DNA from: Okamejei kenojei
Taxonomy: Eukaryota
Length of the DNA: 64,000 bases
NCBI GenBank assembly: GCA_035221665.1
Contig: CM069160.1
Coordinates: 2,976,001 to 3,040,000, forward strand
Reading direction: 5' to 3'
In this document: positions 14,401-26,364 of the stretch, piece after piece
Position numbering within the stretch: the first letter of the stretch is position 1
How the letters are laid out: each line of letters opens with the position of its first letter
Position numbers and translations under genes: made by a program
Notes under the pieces: generated by a model
The model's database searches: none
Told to the model about the DNA's origin: nothing
Seen by the model: the letters and a program-made list of their open reading frames with translations, nothing else

Positions 14401-15003
14401 TCTCGCAAATTCCTGAGTTGTCCTCTGATCCAGATCCGACAGCTGTTGCTCCAAAAATTCAAAACTGGTCTTTTGATTCAGCACGCGCAGCCTCTGTTTT
14501 CTTGGATAGATTAGATTTTAGATAATTTGCTCTCCAGTATCTTGTTCATATTAGTGAGTATTTTGTAGAATTCCTTAGTAAGATCTACGGTAAGATCTTT
14601 AGTAAGATTAGCTCTTACCGTTTGTTCCCACTGCTTCATCTCTTTCTCCTTTTCTGTCCCTTTCGTCTCTCTTTTGTAGCCATTTCAGATACAGCTTGTT
14701 GAGAATCAAATTCTTCGTCTAAACTTTCAGTTGCTGTTTGGAGGGCTGCCAGATCTTCTTCCAGCAGGAGTCTGATAGTGGATTTTTTAGGTCCCCTTTG
14801 GTGTTTTCCTTTTTTCATCTAAAGGTCCTATTAAAGCTCAAATTTTCTCGACACTATCTGCTGATATCACTCGCACGACACCAAGCTGCCGCCGGTGGAT
14901 GTTTTAAATCGGTCCAACTTTAGCAACAGTTTTTTACACGATTTTTAGCAGGAGCTGAGTTCAATGCTGCATCTTCACCACTGCATGGTGCCACCGGAAG
15001 TCA
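8478..15003 (-). mobile_element. Full-length L1 LINE (ORF1 ~14818-13748, ORF2 ~12520-8750), frameshifted
   Basis: Poly-T at 8478; TSD TACATTGCAAGCAT at 8464-8477 and 15004-15017; APE motifs FLQETH, NIYAPN, ISDHSP; RT motifs DAEKAFD, GNRQGCVLSPLLF; C-terminal QFKILHRLYY, CDQC. Confidence 0.95.
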
Positions 15004-15135
15004 TACATTGCAAGCATGGCCACACACTTGCACGTTCTACATACACTAAAGGAATTCAGCAAACGATGATAACTGAAAAGCTAGTGGGCGTAACTACAGA
15101 AGCATGACTCATGAAACGAGTGACACTAATCTACA

Positions 15136-16140
15136 ATGGGGAACACCGGATGCCTGAGAGGGTTGCAACGCTCCCTGCATGAAGGCGAGGACGGAGTTTT
15201 GGCGTAAGATGTTACATCTCCTGCCGTTGCAATGATGGAACGTATCTGGACATGGGATGGTTTGAGTGGGAAGGGAAGAGTGATCCAAGTATTTGCGGGT
15301 GGAGCGACGTCTAGAGAATGTGAAATGTGGGGCAGATGGAACGATATAACTGGTCGTGGGAATATGTTGGATGCGGCCAAAGTGTCGGTGGATGATCCGT
15401 TAGATGCGGAAGCTGTCGGGGGTGAAAGGTGCAGATTTTGAGAATGCCCTTGCACCATCTGATTTAGGTTTTGGGGGTGGGGTTGGGGAGGTAGGGGGCG
15501 AGCGATAGTTGCACTACGGGCCACAGAGGAGAAGCAGGTGATGGTTCCATCGTTGACAGCAGCGGGGAAACCACGTTTACTAAAGAATGAGGGCATCCTT
15601 AGTCTGAGAGTGGTGAATCTGTGGAACTCTTTGTCACAGAAGGCGGTAAAGACCAAATCAGTGGGTATTGTTAAGGCAGATATAGATAGATGTGCGATTA
15701 GTACAAGTGTCACAGGTTATGGGTAGAAGGCAAGACAACGGGGTTGGGAAGGAGAGATAGATCAGCCATGATTGAATTGCGGAGAAGACTTGATGGGCCG
15801 AATTGACCCATTTCACTCCTATGACCTTATGATCTCCGATGCCCTTGCTGGGATGCGTATTCTTGGTAGCAGATGTGGCAGAGACGGAGGTATGGAGACT
15901 TGGGGATAACCTCTGTGCAAGTCAGGGTGGGAAGGAATGTAGTCCAGATAACCGTCGGAGTCGGTGGGGTTTTAGTAGACAACAACCGATAGCCTGTGTT
16001 GGAGGCAGAAATATGGGCGATAAATGGCAGAGACAGTGCAGGTACATTTGAGGGCAGACCTGATGTTTCTACTGTAGGTTATCAAACGATCTAATTCTGC
16101 ACGGCTACGTGAGGCAGCCCCAATGCTGTCGTCGACCTGG
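15136..16140 (-). mobile_element. Penelope-like element RT/GIY-YIG fragment (joins 5385-5444 across the Gypsy insertion; CR1 inserted ~15598-15830)
   Basis: VDDSIGAASRSRAEL, YKPTDS..YLDY, SFFSKRGFP fragments; gaggacac-ATGGG / ATGGG-gaacaccggatgc is continuous across the Gypsy. Confidence 0.75.
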
Positions 16141-16254
16141 CCGAGAAAAGGTTGGCGGGGGGGGGGCGGGGGGGGGGGGGGTCGCCTGTGGACGCATGGA
16201 AAAAGATTCGACACGATCGACAATAAGGAAGGCATAGCCGGAGCCCTGCCAAGG

Positions 16255-16625
16255 AAGAATGAGAGGGGCTCTTATAGAAACATAGACAATTCTAAAATGA
16301 TTGGACTTGCTAGATGCAGGTAAAATTGTCCCGATGTTAGGGGAGTCCAGAACCAGGGCTCACAGTTTAACAATAAGGGGTATGCCATTTAGGACAGAGA
16401 TGAAAAAATCGTTTTCACCCAGAGAGTTGTGAATCTGGGAGAGATAGATCTGCCACAGAATGCAGTGGACGTCAATTCACTGGATGTTTTCAAGAGTTAG
16501 ATTTAGCTCTTAGGGCTAACGGATTCAAGGGATAGGGGGCAAAAGCAGGAACGGGGTACAGATTTTAGATGAGCAGCCATGATTACATTGAATGGCGGTG
16601 CTGGATCGAAGGACCGAATGGCCTG
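16255..16625 (+). mobile_element. CR1 LINE 3' fragment
   Basis: gagtccagaaccagggg..cacagttta, ttcacccagagagttgtgaatctg, CR1 3' UTR. Confidence 0.85.
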
Positions 16626-16629
16626 GCCC

Positions 16630-18960
16630 GGCCGGAGTTCCTGAGACCCGACCGCATTCGGCAGATTCGACCCCGGGGATTGCAACATTGGTTTTCGGCA
16701 CGGGGCTCCGGCGAATAGCTCGGCGGGTGCAGCACGGCGTTCGGACACATCCGATGAGCCGGCGGCTCCTTGATCATTTCGCCACGGGTCAACTGGTGAC
16801 CGACCGACCGCGTGCGTGTACAGCTGCGGGGAATCTGCCGACACCACGATAGGATGGGAACGCACAGCGACCCCGCTGTCCGACGCAGATTACCGAGACG
16901 AGTAGATGTGAAACAGAATGGCGAGCCTAAGCCGCCGCGGAGCCGTGATACAGGCCCGCAAATCGTCCTCTGAAACCGGCTGGGGGGGGGGGGGGGGATG
17001 GGATTACAATGCAGGTTTGTATTGCTTGTCGCAGAGGGATTTCCAAGGGCTGCTAATTAATGAAGAAAAATCGATCGGATCTCCGTTCCCGGTTTTTTTT
17101 TTATAATCGCTGGACAATTTAATCGCTGGGTTAAATTAAAAAGCGATTTCTAACGCCTTAGCACCTTCAACGTCACGGATCGCAATATTAGGACAAAACT
17201 AAAGGTAAGTCGTTTATTTAACATATAATCTTGCATCTTGGGGTGGCTTTAGTCTAACTGTGTGATGCGAAAATGTTATTTAGCTCGCATACGAATCGGC
17301 CTTGTCTTGTCTGCCGATATGGTCTTAACATTTACGGCAACGGCAACGGCAACGTTCCAATCGATCACATTCCAGAAACATCTACTCTCAAAATGATTAC
17401 AATTCTCTTTTTTTTGGACAATCATGTCATTAGAGCATCTAACTCGTCTATATGCTGTGTTATTTTTTATCCAGAATCAATATTTTTTTTACTAAATATC
17501 CACAAAAGATTTAGTCACATGTATTGTGCCAAAAATAATAATTTTGATTATATTGAGAGTGGATTTTTCTACTTTAAATTACGGGAATTAAACATTAAAT
17601 TCCTTCCATTTGGCATATACCTTCATGACTTTTCACACAGAGAGTGGGGAGTGGTGAGGCTCTGGATTTCTCTGCCACAGAAGGTAGTTGAGGCCAGTTC
17701 ATTGGCTATATTTAAGAGGGAGATAGATGTGGCCCTTGTGGCTAAAGGGGTCAGGGGGTATGGAGAGAAGGCAGGTACAGGATACTGAGTTGGATGATCA
17801 GCCATGATCGTATTGAATGGCGGTACAGGCTCGAAGGGCTGAATGGCCTAATCCTGCACCTATGTTCTATGTTTCTATGTTTCTATGACAGTGAGATTTA
17901 AAAATCATGTTATATGGTGAATTCTTGTGTGAATGGGATCAGTTCGTTATTTGGATACTTAAGCTATTTGACATTTTTAGCATTTTCTTAAGGAATGGAT
18001 AGATATTTCGATCTAGTAATTGAATTTAGATTAATTTAAATTGTTAGACGAATTTCATTGAATTGATGAAATTAATGAATATCAATTTTCTGTTGGGTAT
18101 TTACTATTTGTTTTAAAGTTTAACTTTATCATGTTTACCTTTTTTCTAAAACTGCAAATAATAACTTTTTTCTGTTATTGCTGCTCAGTGTTTTTTCCTT
18201 TACATTTTAAACAGATGTCTCCGAAGAAGAAACGCATAATTGTCAATCGAAATGTCCAGCAAAATAGACTGATTTAGACAGTATTCGCAGAGATTATCCG
18301 AATATGGACTACTCCACATGTGAAGATCTACAGGACATTCTTAATCGGAAAGTAGTGGGCAGAAAGGCATGTCATGCGTGGTTTGATGAGCAAAAACTTG
18401 TAGTTTACAATGCCAAAATGGAAACGTTGAGGAAAAACAAGGTGTACAGAGTTGCTTATTGGTTACAATCTGAGGAGTATGATGATGCTACTGATTATGA
18501 TATGCCAATGTACCAGCTAGCAACTGATCTTCGCCACAAAGACTTGGTCTATTGCTAGAAATTGCAATTTATTTACCTATCTGTTACGGACGTACAGCAT
18601 ATAATACAATAATATTACAATTCTGATCTTGAGAATATCACATTTTTGAATTTTTAAGGCAGCCTGGGTGTTTATTACTATTTCCGTCACAACGGTCAAT
18701 TTTGTAATTAGCTACATTTAGGTAACTAACTAATTATCTGCTTGAATTTCAGGTCATCCGAGTAAGATGTTTTATATTTCTTTCAGAATGCTTCAATCTA
18801 TAATAACTGACAATTTACTTCAGTTCTCTTAATTAAAAAATAAAGTTATGGGCTTTTGACTATCCTCGATCACAGCTTTTATGTTAAGTCAATGGAAAGG
18901 CAATAGGGAACAAGATGATATTTTCCGAGTATGAAAATGGCGATAACCTTTTTAATATTT
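16630..18960. repeat. Unclassified probable DNA-transposon-derived repeat, with CR1 insertion (17630-17887) and a small Tudor-like ORF
   Basis: CpG-rich start then AT-rich body; CR1 tail flanked by atgac direct repeat; no terminal structure identified. Confidence 0.35.
18215..18558 (+). pseudogene. Small NLS + spindlin-like Tudor (Spin/Ssty) domain ORF with one frameshift, probably transposon-borne
   Basis: ttttaaacag|ATG TCT CCG AAG AAG AAA CGC (MSPKKKR); second frame TDLDSIRRDYPNM...VVGRKACHAW...YRVAYW...MYQLATDLRHKDLVYC*. Confidence 0.45.
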
Positions 18961-18965
18961 AATCT

Positions 18966-19398
18966 AGGGGTGCCGCATTGAAGGCAGCCTCTGCCTACAG
19001 TCTGTCCGTTTTTTTATATCTTCTTTTAAATTTTTGTTTGTCGTAAAAGTTTGATTTGGGGATTCTTTACTTTTTTTATCGGAGGGGAGGGGTTAGCATT
19101 ATGGGGAAACCGTTTCCCAGTCACTTCCTGGCGAGGAGGCGACTATTCTCCGAGTCGCGTCCTCGCCCCCCTCCTCGCGGCCTACTCTCTCGATTGGAGG
19201 GCCTTTCCTGCGGGGGACCCGGACCAAAGCTTCAGCAGAGGAGTCGCAGCAGTAGAGTCGCTGCCTTGCGACGCTTTATCACTATCACTCTGTGAGTCTA
19301 ATCAGAGAATCTCATGCAGATGGCACATGTTATTCGGCACGGACCAAAAAGCTTTTCAGTGTACCTTGGTACACGTGACAATAAACTGAACTGAACTT
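18966..19398 (+). mobile_element. GC-rich non-autonomous retroelement with Rex1-like 3' tail
   Basis: Related copies at ~55915-56710 and ~62409-63217; ends gtacacgtgacaataaa(ctgaa)n. Confidence 0.5.
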
Positions 19399-19837
19399 AA
19401 CAGAATAATATGGAACTGCAGATGCAGGTTTAAACCGAAAATAGACACAAAAAGCTGGAGTAAAACAGCGGGACAGGCAGCACCTCTGGAGAGAAGGAAT
19501 GGGTGATATTTGAGGTCGAGGATCTTCTTCAGACTAGTTAGGTATAAGGGAAACGAGATATATAAATAGTGATGTGGAACTAAACTGGACACATTGGGCC
19601 GGGGGGTGCGCCTCCACGCTGTATGATTTCACGCCAGTGGACCACATGAGTGGCAAGGGTGTGGGGTAAAATTGTGATTTGGGGAAACAGTATTGTATGT
19701 ATGTACAGACTCCGATAATATCAGAAGGAAATGCCTGCATGGTGCATATATTGAACATATTTATTACTTGAATAAATCTATTTTGAATTTGTTTTAAAGA
19801 TGACACTATGGTTTTAGATCCCGTATGATGACCAGCG

Positions 19838-21350
19838 CAGACATGATTTAGCTTTCATAAATCCATGCTGATTTTGTCAAATGAGTTCACCGCTTTCCAA
19901 ATGTGCTGCTATCCCATCTTTAATAACTGACTCTAGCAGTTTCCCCACTACCGTTGTTAGACTAACTGGTCTGTAATTCCCAGTTTTCTCTCTCCCTCCT
20001 TTTTTTAAAAAGTGGGGTTACATTAACTACCCTCCAATCCTCAGAAATAACTCCAGAATCTAAAGAATTTTGAAAAATTATCACTAATGCATCCGCTAAT
20101 TCGGTGGCTACTTCCTTGAGTACTCTGGTATGCAGCCTATCTGGCCGCGGGGATTTGTCGGCCTTTAATCCATTCAATTTACCCAACACCACTTCTCGGC
20201 TAACCTGAATTTCACTCAGTTCCTCCACCTTATTTGACCCCGGTCCACTGCTATTTCCGGCAGAACATTTAGCCTTAGTGAAGACAGAACCAAAGTAGTT
20301 ATTCAATTGGTCTGCCATGTCCTTGTTCCCCATTATCAATTCACCTGTTTCTGACTGCAAGGGACCTACATTTGTTTTAACGAATGTCTTTCTCTTCACA
20401 CATCTATAAAAACTTTTGCAGTCAGTTTTTATGTTCCGTGCCAGTTTTCTATCATAATATGTTATTCCTTTCCTAATTAAGCCCTTTGTCCTCTTCTGCT
20501 GGACTCTGAATTTCTCCCAGTCCTCTGGTAGGCTGCTTTTTCTGGCTAATTTGTATGCTTCATCTTTTGTTTTTATACTATCGCTGATTTCCCTTGTTAT
20601 CCATGGATGCACTACCTTCCTGATTTATTCTTTTGCCAAACTGGGATGAACAATTGTTGTAGTTCATCCATGCAGTCTTTAAATACCTTCCATTGCACAT
20701 CCACTGTCAACCCCTTAAGAATCACTTGCCAGTCGATCTTGGCCAATTCACGTCTCATACCTTCAAAGTTACCTTTGTTTAAGTTCAGAACCCTTGTTTC
20801 TGACAATTATGTCACTCTACATCCCAATGAAGAACTCAACCATATTATGGTCACTCTTGCCCAAGGGGCCACGCACAACAAGACTGCAAACTAACCTTTC
20901 CTCATTACTCAATACCCAGTCTAGAATAGCCTGCTCTCTCGGTGGTTCCTCTATATTTTGGTTTAGAAAACTATCCCGCATACATTCCAAGAAATCCTCT
21001 TTCTCAGCACCCCTTCCCATTTGATTCACCCAATCTATATGTAGATTGAAGTCACCCATTATAACTGTTTTACCCTTGTTGCACGCATTTCTAATTTCCT
21101 GTTTGATGTCATCCCCAACTCCACTACTACTGTTACTTGGCCTGCGCACAACTCCCACTAGCGTTTTCTGCCACTTAGAGTGTTGCAGCTCTACCCATAT
21201 CGATTACACATCCTCCAAGTTAATGTCCTTCCTTTCTATTGCATTAATCTCCTCTCTCACCAGCAACGCTACCCCACCTCCCTTTCCTTTCTGTCTATCC
21301 CTCCTGAATATTGAATATCCCTGGATGTTCAGCACACAGCCTTGGTCCCC
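19838..21350 (-). mobile_element. CR1 LINE ORF2 endonuclease/linker fragment
   Basis: VTETCFQ, VIMGDFN, AILDWVL, LGKSDHN, EDWRVVNVTPLFKK. Confidence 0.92.
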
Positions 21351-21955
21351 CTGGAAGCATGTCTCCGTGACCAGCAACTTATTCCTGAGCAAGCAGGCTT
21401 CAGACCTGGAAAATTAAGCCAGCTCCTGAATCTGACCCAATTCATTGAAGATGGATGTGAGGAAGGACTTATTACTGGCGCCACTTTTGTAGACCTGTCA
21501 GCGGCTTATGATACAATCAACCATCCAATACTTGTGCAAAAGCTATCCAGGATGCAAAGGATGCAAACCTGACAGCTCTGATCCAAAACATGCTGGAAAA
21601 TAGACGCTTTTTTGTAGACCTCAGGGGTAATCGTAGCATATGGCACAGACAAAAGAATGGGCTTCCTCAAGGCAGTGTTCTTGCCCCTCTGCCTTTCAAC
21701 ATTTACACCAACGACCAACCAATCCATCCAAGCACCAGGAGCTTCCGGTATGCTGATGACCTCTGTATCGCATCTCAGTGTCAGTCCTTCGCAGAACTGG
21801 AGAAGTCTCTCACTGAAGCGCTGGACGGCCTTACGAAATATTACGCCCTGAATCATTTACGGGCAATCCCAGACAAAACACAAATTAGCACCTTTGACCT
21901 CAAGAACCGTGATGCGCACCACAAATTAACTGTTCACTGGTATGGGAAGTGTCTG
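21350..21955 (+). mobile_element. Vingi/Ingi-like non-LTR retrotransposon RT fragment
   Basis: PEQAGFRPGK, FVDLSAAYDTINH, QKNGLPQGSVLAPLPFNIYTND, YADDL. Confidence 0.75.
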
Positions 21956-22719
21956 GCCTACTGCATCTGCTCCCTCTCTCTCGCTGTTACATCCAGCTCT
22001 CCCATTACCTGGCACCCACGTTCCTCAGATTAAATGTACGTTTACAGATAAACTACGATTAAAGATGAGAATACACAATTTCTTCAATCAGCGCTTCGTT
22101 CGCTTTCTCTTTATGGTGAATGGCCTTTGACAAATCCCAGGGTTCCTTACGTTTTGCGGAATACCGAACTCGCTTATTCCGTATTTGGAGAAAATCCTTA
22201 CTATGTATTCCTTTAGTCATCGTGGGTTGTGCTCAAGGCATTGTTAATCAGAATCAGCAATACGTGTGCTCTTGCAAATCGCATCATTGGCCCACTGGAA
22301 TTGCAGGTGGCCACCAAGGTCCATAAGGTAGCTTATGTTTGGCAGACAAATATGATAGAAATTGATTATGTTTGAATATTCATTATTAAACAAATGATTC
22401 GTAAATTATATTAATTTCCTCATAGACACTGTGTTGCAGTAATTCCGTGAGCCAGGGAGCATCCCTGGGGTTCATAAATATGCGATATTTCGGGTCAGGA
22501 CACTAACTCGCACTGGTTGCAGTGCGTGGGTGGGAAGGAGGTGGGCGAAGAGCTGGGAGAGACGTGGGTCTCGCCAAAGCCGGGGAAGTGACCGGTGGCT
22601 GCATGTTCGCGGTGGTTTTGATTGGCGGATGATTGAACAAAGGCCAGAGATGACAATGCAAAAGGCGTGAGACAAAGAGGTAAGGAAAGATGATCATTGG
22701 CACATCTTTCCTCGAGTAA

Positions 22720-22985
22720 TAGACATATGCGTTGCATTACCACCTCTTTTCGCAATTTGAACGCCCAGGATCGAAGGAGTTTACAGAGAATTGCAGACAC
22801 TATCCGCAGCACCACAAATGCAAATGTCCCCACTATCGAGGGGATCTCTGGGAGGTACTGCTTCGGAAAACACACCCGCTATCCTGGCCACGCTCGCATT
22901 TCAATCCTCTGATCGAAGCATGAAATCGTGACCGCGTGGTTCCAGTAAAGCTTCTTCCCAACAACTATCCGGCACACTTCACAGC
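22720..22985 (+). mobile_element. Rex1-like LINE 3' fragment (degraded)
   Basis: AQDRRSLQR..PTIEGI..PGHA, resembling 4828-5068. Confidence 0.6.
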
Positions 22986-23091
22986 ACTATCCACAGCAGC
23001 TGGAAAGTCTTTCTAAGTCCAAAAGACCACTAAGCACTGAGAGTAGTTTTTTTTGTTGCATTAGGGGTTCAGGTATTTGGTATTCCAGGTA

Positions 23092-23340
23092 TTTTCACAC
23101 AGAGAGTGGTGAATCTGTGGAATTCTCTGCCACAGAAGGTAGTTGAGGTCAGTTCGTTGGCCATATTTAAGAGGGAGTTGGATGTGGCCCTTGTGGATGA
23201 AGGAATCAGGGGGTACGGAGAGAAGGCAGGTACAGGATACTGAGTTGGATGATCAGCCATGATCATATTGAATGGCGCTGCAGGCTCGAAGGGCCGAATA
23301 GCCTGCTCCTGCACCTAATTTTTATATTTCTATGTTTCTA
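23092..23340 (+). mobile_element. CR1 LINE 3' end
   Basis: ttcacacagagagtggtgaatctgtggaattctctgcc...tttctatgtttcta tail. Confidence 0.9.
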
Positions 23341-23819
23341 TTATGTTACTGCATTGTTTAATATTGTGTTTCTATTGTTTTGTGTATTTCCATTCTGGGC
23401 ATGTTAGGCTGCTGCAAGTAACAATTTCCTAATTCCGTTGACGGTTCATATGACCATTGAGCACGTTTCATACTTTTGACACACCGAGAAAGCAATTATA
23501 TGACCATGCACATAGATGCGAGCGAAGTTTAAGCGAGAAATTGAATCGGTGAATGCAATTGAATTGAATGGTGTTGAATTCTAACAACTCGGAAGTTATA
23601 CAATGTTTCGGGAGTTAAATAGATGTCGGACATTAACGGTAAACGTAGGGACCGCAGAACAATTGGTGAACAGATATCCGTAGGGATACAAGTTCCTAGT
23701 TGTCTGACTTCGATGACTATTTCCGCTCTGTTTTGATCATGGGGAAAGTCATGGAGATATCTGGTCAGGGTCTTGAGGACAGGCAGTATTACCGTCGAGG
23801 GGATGCTGACGTGTGCGGA

Positions 23820-24310
23820 CGAGAGAGCGAAGTGAGAGAGAGAAGGGAGAGGGGAGGGGGAAAGAAGGGTAGAGAAAGAGAGAAGGGGAGATAGAGGGGT
23901 GAGCGGGAGCAGGGGAGAGAGAGCGGGGGAGAGAAGGGGGAAAAGAGAGAGAAAAGGGATGAGGGAGAGGGAGTAGGAGAGAGTGAAGAGGGGAGAGAAA
24001 AGGAGAAGAGGAAAGAGAGAAGGTAGAGAGAAGGGAGAGAGAGTAGGGGAGAGGGAGGAGGAGAGAGAGAAGAGGAGAGAAAGAAGAGAGTTGGGGGAGA
24101 GAGGGGGAGAGAGAGAAGAGGAGAGAGAAAGAGAGAAGGGGCGAATGAGAAGGGAGAGGGAGGGGGGGGGGAGAAAGGCAGAGAGAGGGAGAGAGCGAGG
24201 GGAGGGGGAGAGAGAGAAGGTGAGAGAGAGAGAAGGGAGAAAGAAAAGGGAGAGACAGAAGGGAGAGAGAGCGTGGAGAGAGAGAAGAAGGGAGAGAGAA
24301 GGGGGAGTCG
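23820..24310. repeat. GA-rich purine low-complexity tract
   Basis: Almost exclusively G/A on the plus strand. Confidence 0.95.
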
Positions 24311-24489
24311 AGAGTGTGGGGGACATGTTCCCACATAAGCCATATGTCACTGGGCAATCTGAACCTAAGAACCAAGTTGTAAGCGGCCGAAGGTGCGCAT
24401 CCCCCGGGACAGCCCCAACTATCCCACGAACCACTCCGCGGGCTGTGGGTCGGCTGGAGTGGAGGTGTGGGACAATATTCATCCCTCCA

Positions 24490-24835
24490 CAGTGAAGTGA
24501 TGGACGCGGGGGCCTGGACCAATCGCTGACAAGTCCCGCCCCCCGGCAACGTCACGTCCGTTATTTGACTGTTCTGTTGAGGGGCAATCGGTCCGTTGGC
24601 TTGTAGGCGAAGCCGCCTTTCGGGTAGGTGGCGTTTCGCAAAGCGGACTATCGGTGAGTTTGCTTTTCGGCGACGCAGCCTTTCGGTTAATTGGCTTTTA
24701 GGCATCCCACCCTTTCGGTTAGTTTGCATTTAGGCATCCCACCCTTTCGGTTAGTTGGCGTTTCGGCTTCACTTCCATTCGGTTATTTGGTTCTTTTCTT
24801 CCGCTTCTCCTCCATCGACGCCACGTCCGGGTACC
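24490..24835. repeat. Partial copy of the foldback/MITE-like element at 42428-43140
   Basis: Shares gtgatgga.gcggg...aatcgctgacaagtc...acgtca.gtccgttatttgac and repeated tttcggt units. Confidence 0.7.
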
Positions 24836-25286
24836 AAAGCCAGTCCGAAATACAGAAATTGACATAGATAAGTGTTCGTGATAAACAAAAATATTTGAAA
24901 CAATTCAAACTGTTTTTCCCAATGAGTTGTCACAAGGTCATACAGACGGACGAAATGGGCAGTCCCAGGTATTCTCCGGCAAAACCTTCGTATCACTGGA
25001 AGATCGCTAGGCTCTCGGCATTGACAGGTGTTGTGAGACGTGCAGCCGTTTGTCCCACAGAGCTGCGCTGTTTCGACGGAGAGCCTGAATAAAGAAAACG
25101 CGGTTATACATCCTCGCTGAGGCTTGGATGTAAGAATATCCCGCCTGGCCAGAGAGAGTCGTAAAATCATAAACATAGAGCTTCGCAACACAGAAGTATG
25201 CCCTTCCGCCCATCTCGTCTATGCTGACCATGTTGGCATGTTGGGCTGTCCCATTTAGAGTCATGGAGTCAGAAAACACGAAGACA

Positions 25287-26130
25287 GGACAATAGACAAT
25301 AGACAATAGGTGCAGGAGTAGGCCATTTGGCCCTTCGAGCCAGCACCGCCATTCAATGTGTTCATGGCTGATCATCCCCAATCAGTACCCCGTTCCTGCT
25401 TTTTCCCCATATCCCCTGATTCCGCTATTTTAAGGACCTTGGCCCAACTTGCCCATGGTGCTCGATGCTAATCCCACCTGCCGAAGTTTGGCCCAAGTCC
25501 TTCTGAACGTTTCCTACGTACGTTTCTGACCAAATATAATGTTTCTGTGGTGAAGGGGGCTTTTGGTACATTTGCCCTTCATCAGTCAGTGTGTTTGGTA
25601 AAACATGGTGCTGCTGTACGCCATGTCGTTGAGGCCGCGCTTAGAGTTCAGATTTTGGTCAACCTGTTACAGAAACGAATTTAAGTCAGCTGGAGAATCG
25701 ACTGGAACTCCAAAGTAGATGTTGGGATTTCATTCCTTAGATCACAGAAGGCTGAGGGTTTATCTTATAGAGGTGTAAAAAATAATGAGTGAAATCGACA
25801 GAGTGAATGCACTGAGTATTTTACTCAGAGGAGGAGAGTCAAGAACCAAACGTTCATAGTTTAACTTGCGAAGATAAATAATAGGAACCTGAGGGGCAAC
25901 CTTTTCACTCAGTATGTGGTGGGAATACGAAATGAGCAGCCAGGGGAGGTAGTTGACGCAGGTACTAAAACGACATTTAAAATACGCTTGGACCGGAACA
26001 TGGGCAGGGAATATTTGCAGGGATATGGGCGATACGCGGACAATTGAGACTGGTTTAGATGCGTTATCTTGATCTGCAGGGGCGCGTTTTGTTAAACAGC
26101 CCGTATCCGTGTTGTCTACTTCTCTGACTA
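25287..26130. mobile_element. CR1 fragments (minus-strand tail 25287-25432; degraded plus-strand ORF2 end ~25555-26130)
   Basis: (gacaata)n tail and CR1 3' UTR; degraded CR1 RT C-terminal sequence. Confidence 0.7.
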
Positions 26131-26364
26131 TTTGGCCCATCACACTATAAACCATCCCCATCCATACAACTGTGCAAATAACATAAAATAAATATATCTC
26201 ATAAGCAGTTTCATTCTGCGGTTTATGTTCTTTGGAAGTTTACACAACTTCCCGAGACATTTGGTTCATTTGTAGATCTCTTTGCGTGCATGCACTCCCG
26301 TTCAATTTTGTTTCATAGTGTTCAATGCAATTACATTTGTAATTTGGAAAATACATTCGGTGTA

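Larger units (their letters stand above)
5445..15135 (-). mobile_element. Gypsy LTR retrotransposon, internally deleted (gag and integrase remnants), split by CR1 and L1 insertions
   Basis: Matching ~190 bp LTRs at 5452-5643 and 8397-8477 + 15004-15135; PBS TGGTGTCAGA (minus, 8387-8396); PPT aagagggtgga next to 5644; integrase HHCC/DDE text (LHAGQPG...MFYWPGM, PWSTVAADI, SSPEYSP, SNGLTER); ATGGG at 5440-5444 and 15136-15140 as probable TSD. Confidence 0.9.

Noticed and set aside
22146-22220. Possible degraded exon 1 of the GPCR pseudogene (RIF...FGIP then gtaag on minus)
   Set aside because: Similarity is too weak and the ATG and donor do not line up in frame.
23529-24729. Ser/Leu/Pro and Arg/Glu/Gly ORFs, and the similar ones at 53399-54571
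   Set aside because: Artefacts of GA/CT tracts that lack stop codons.
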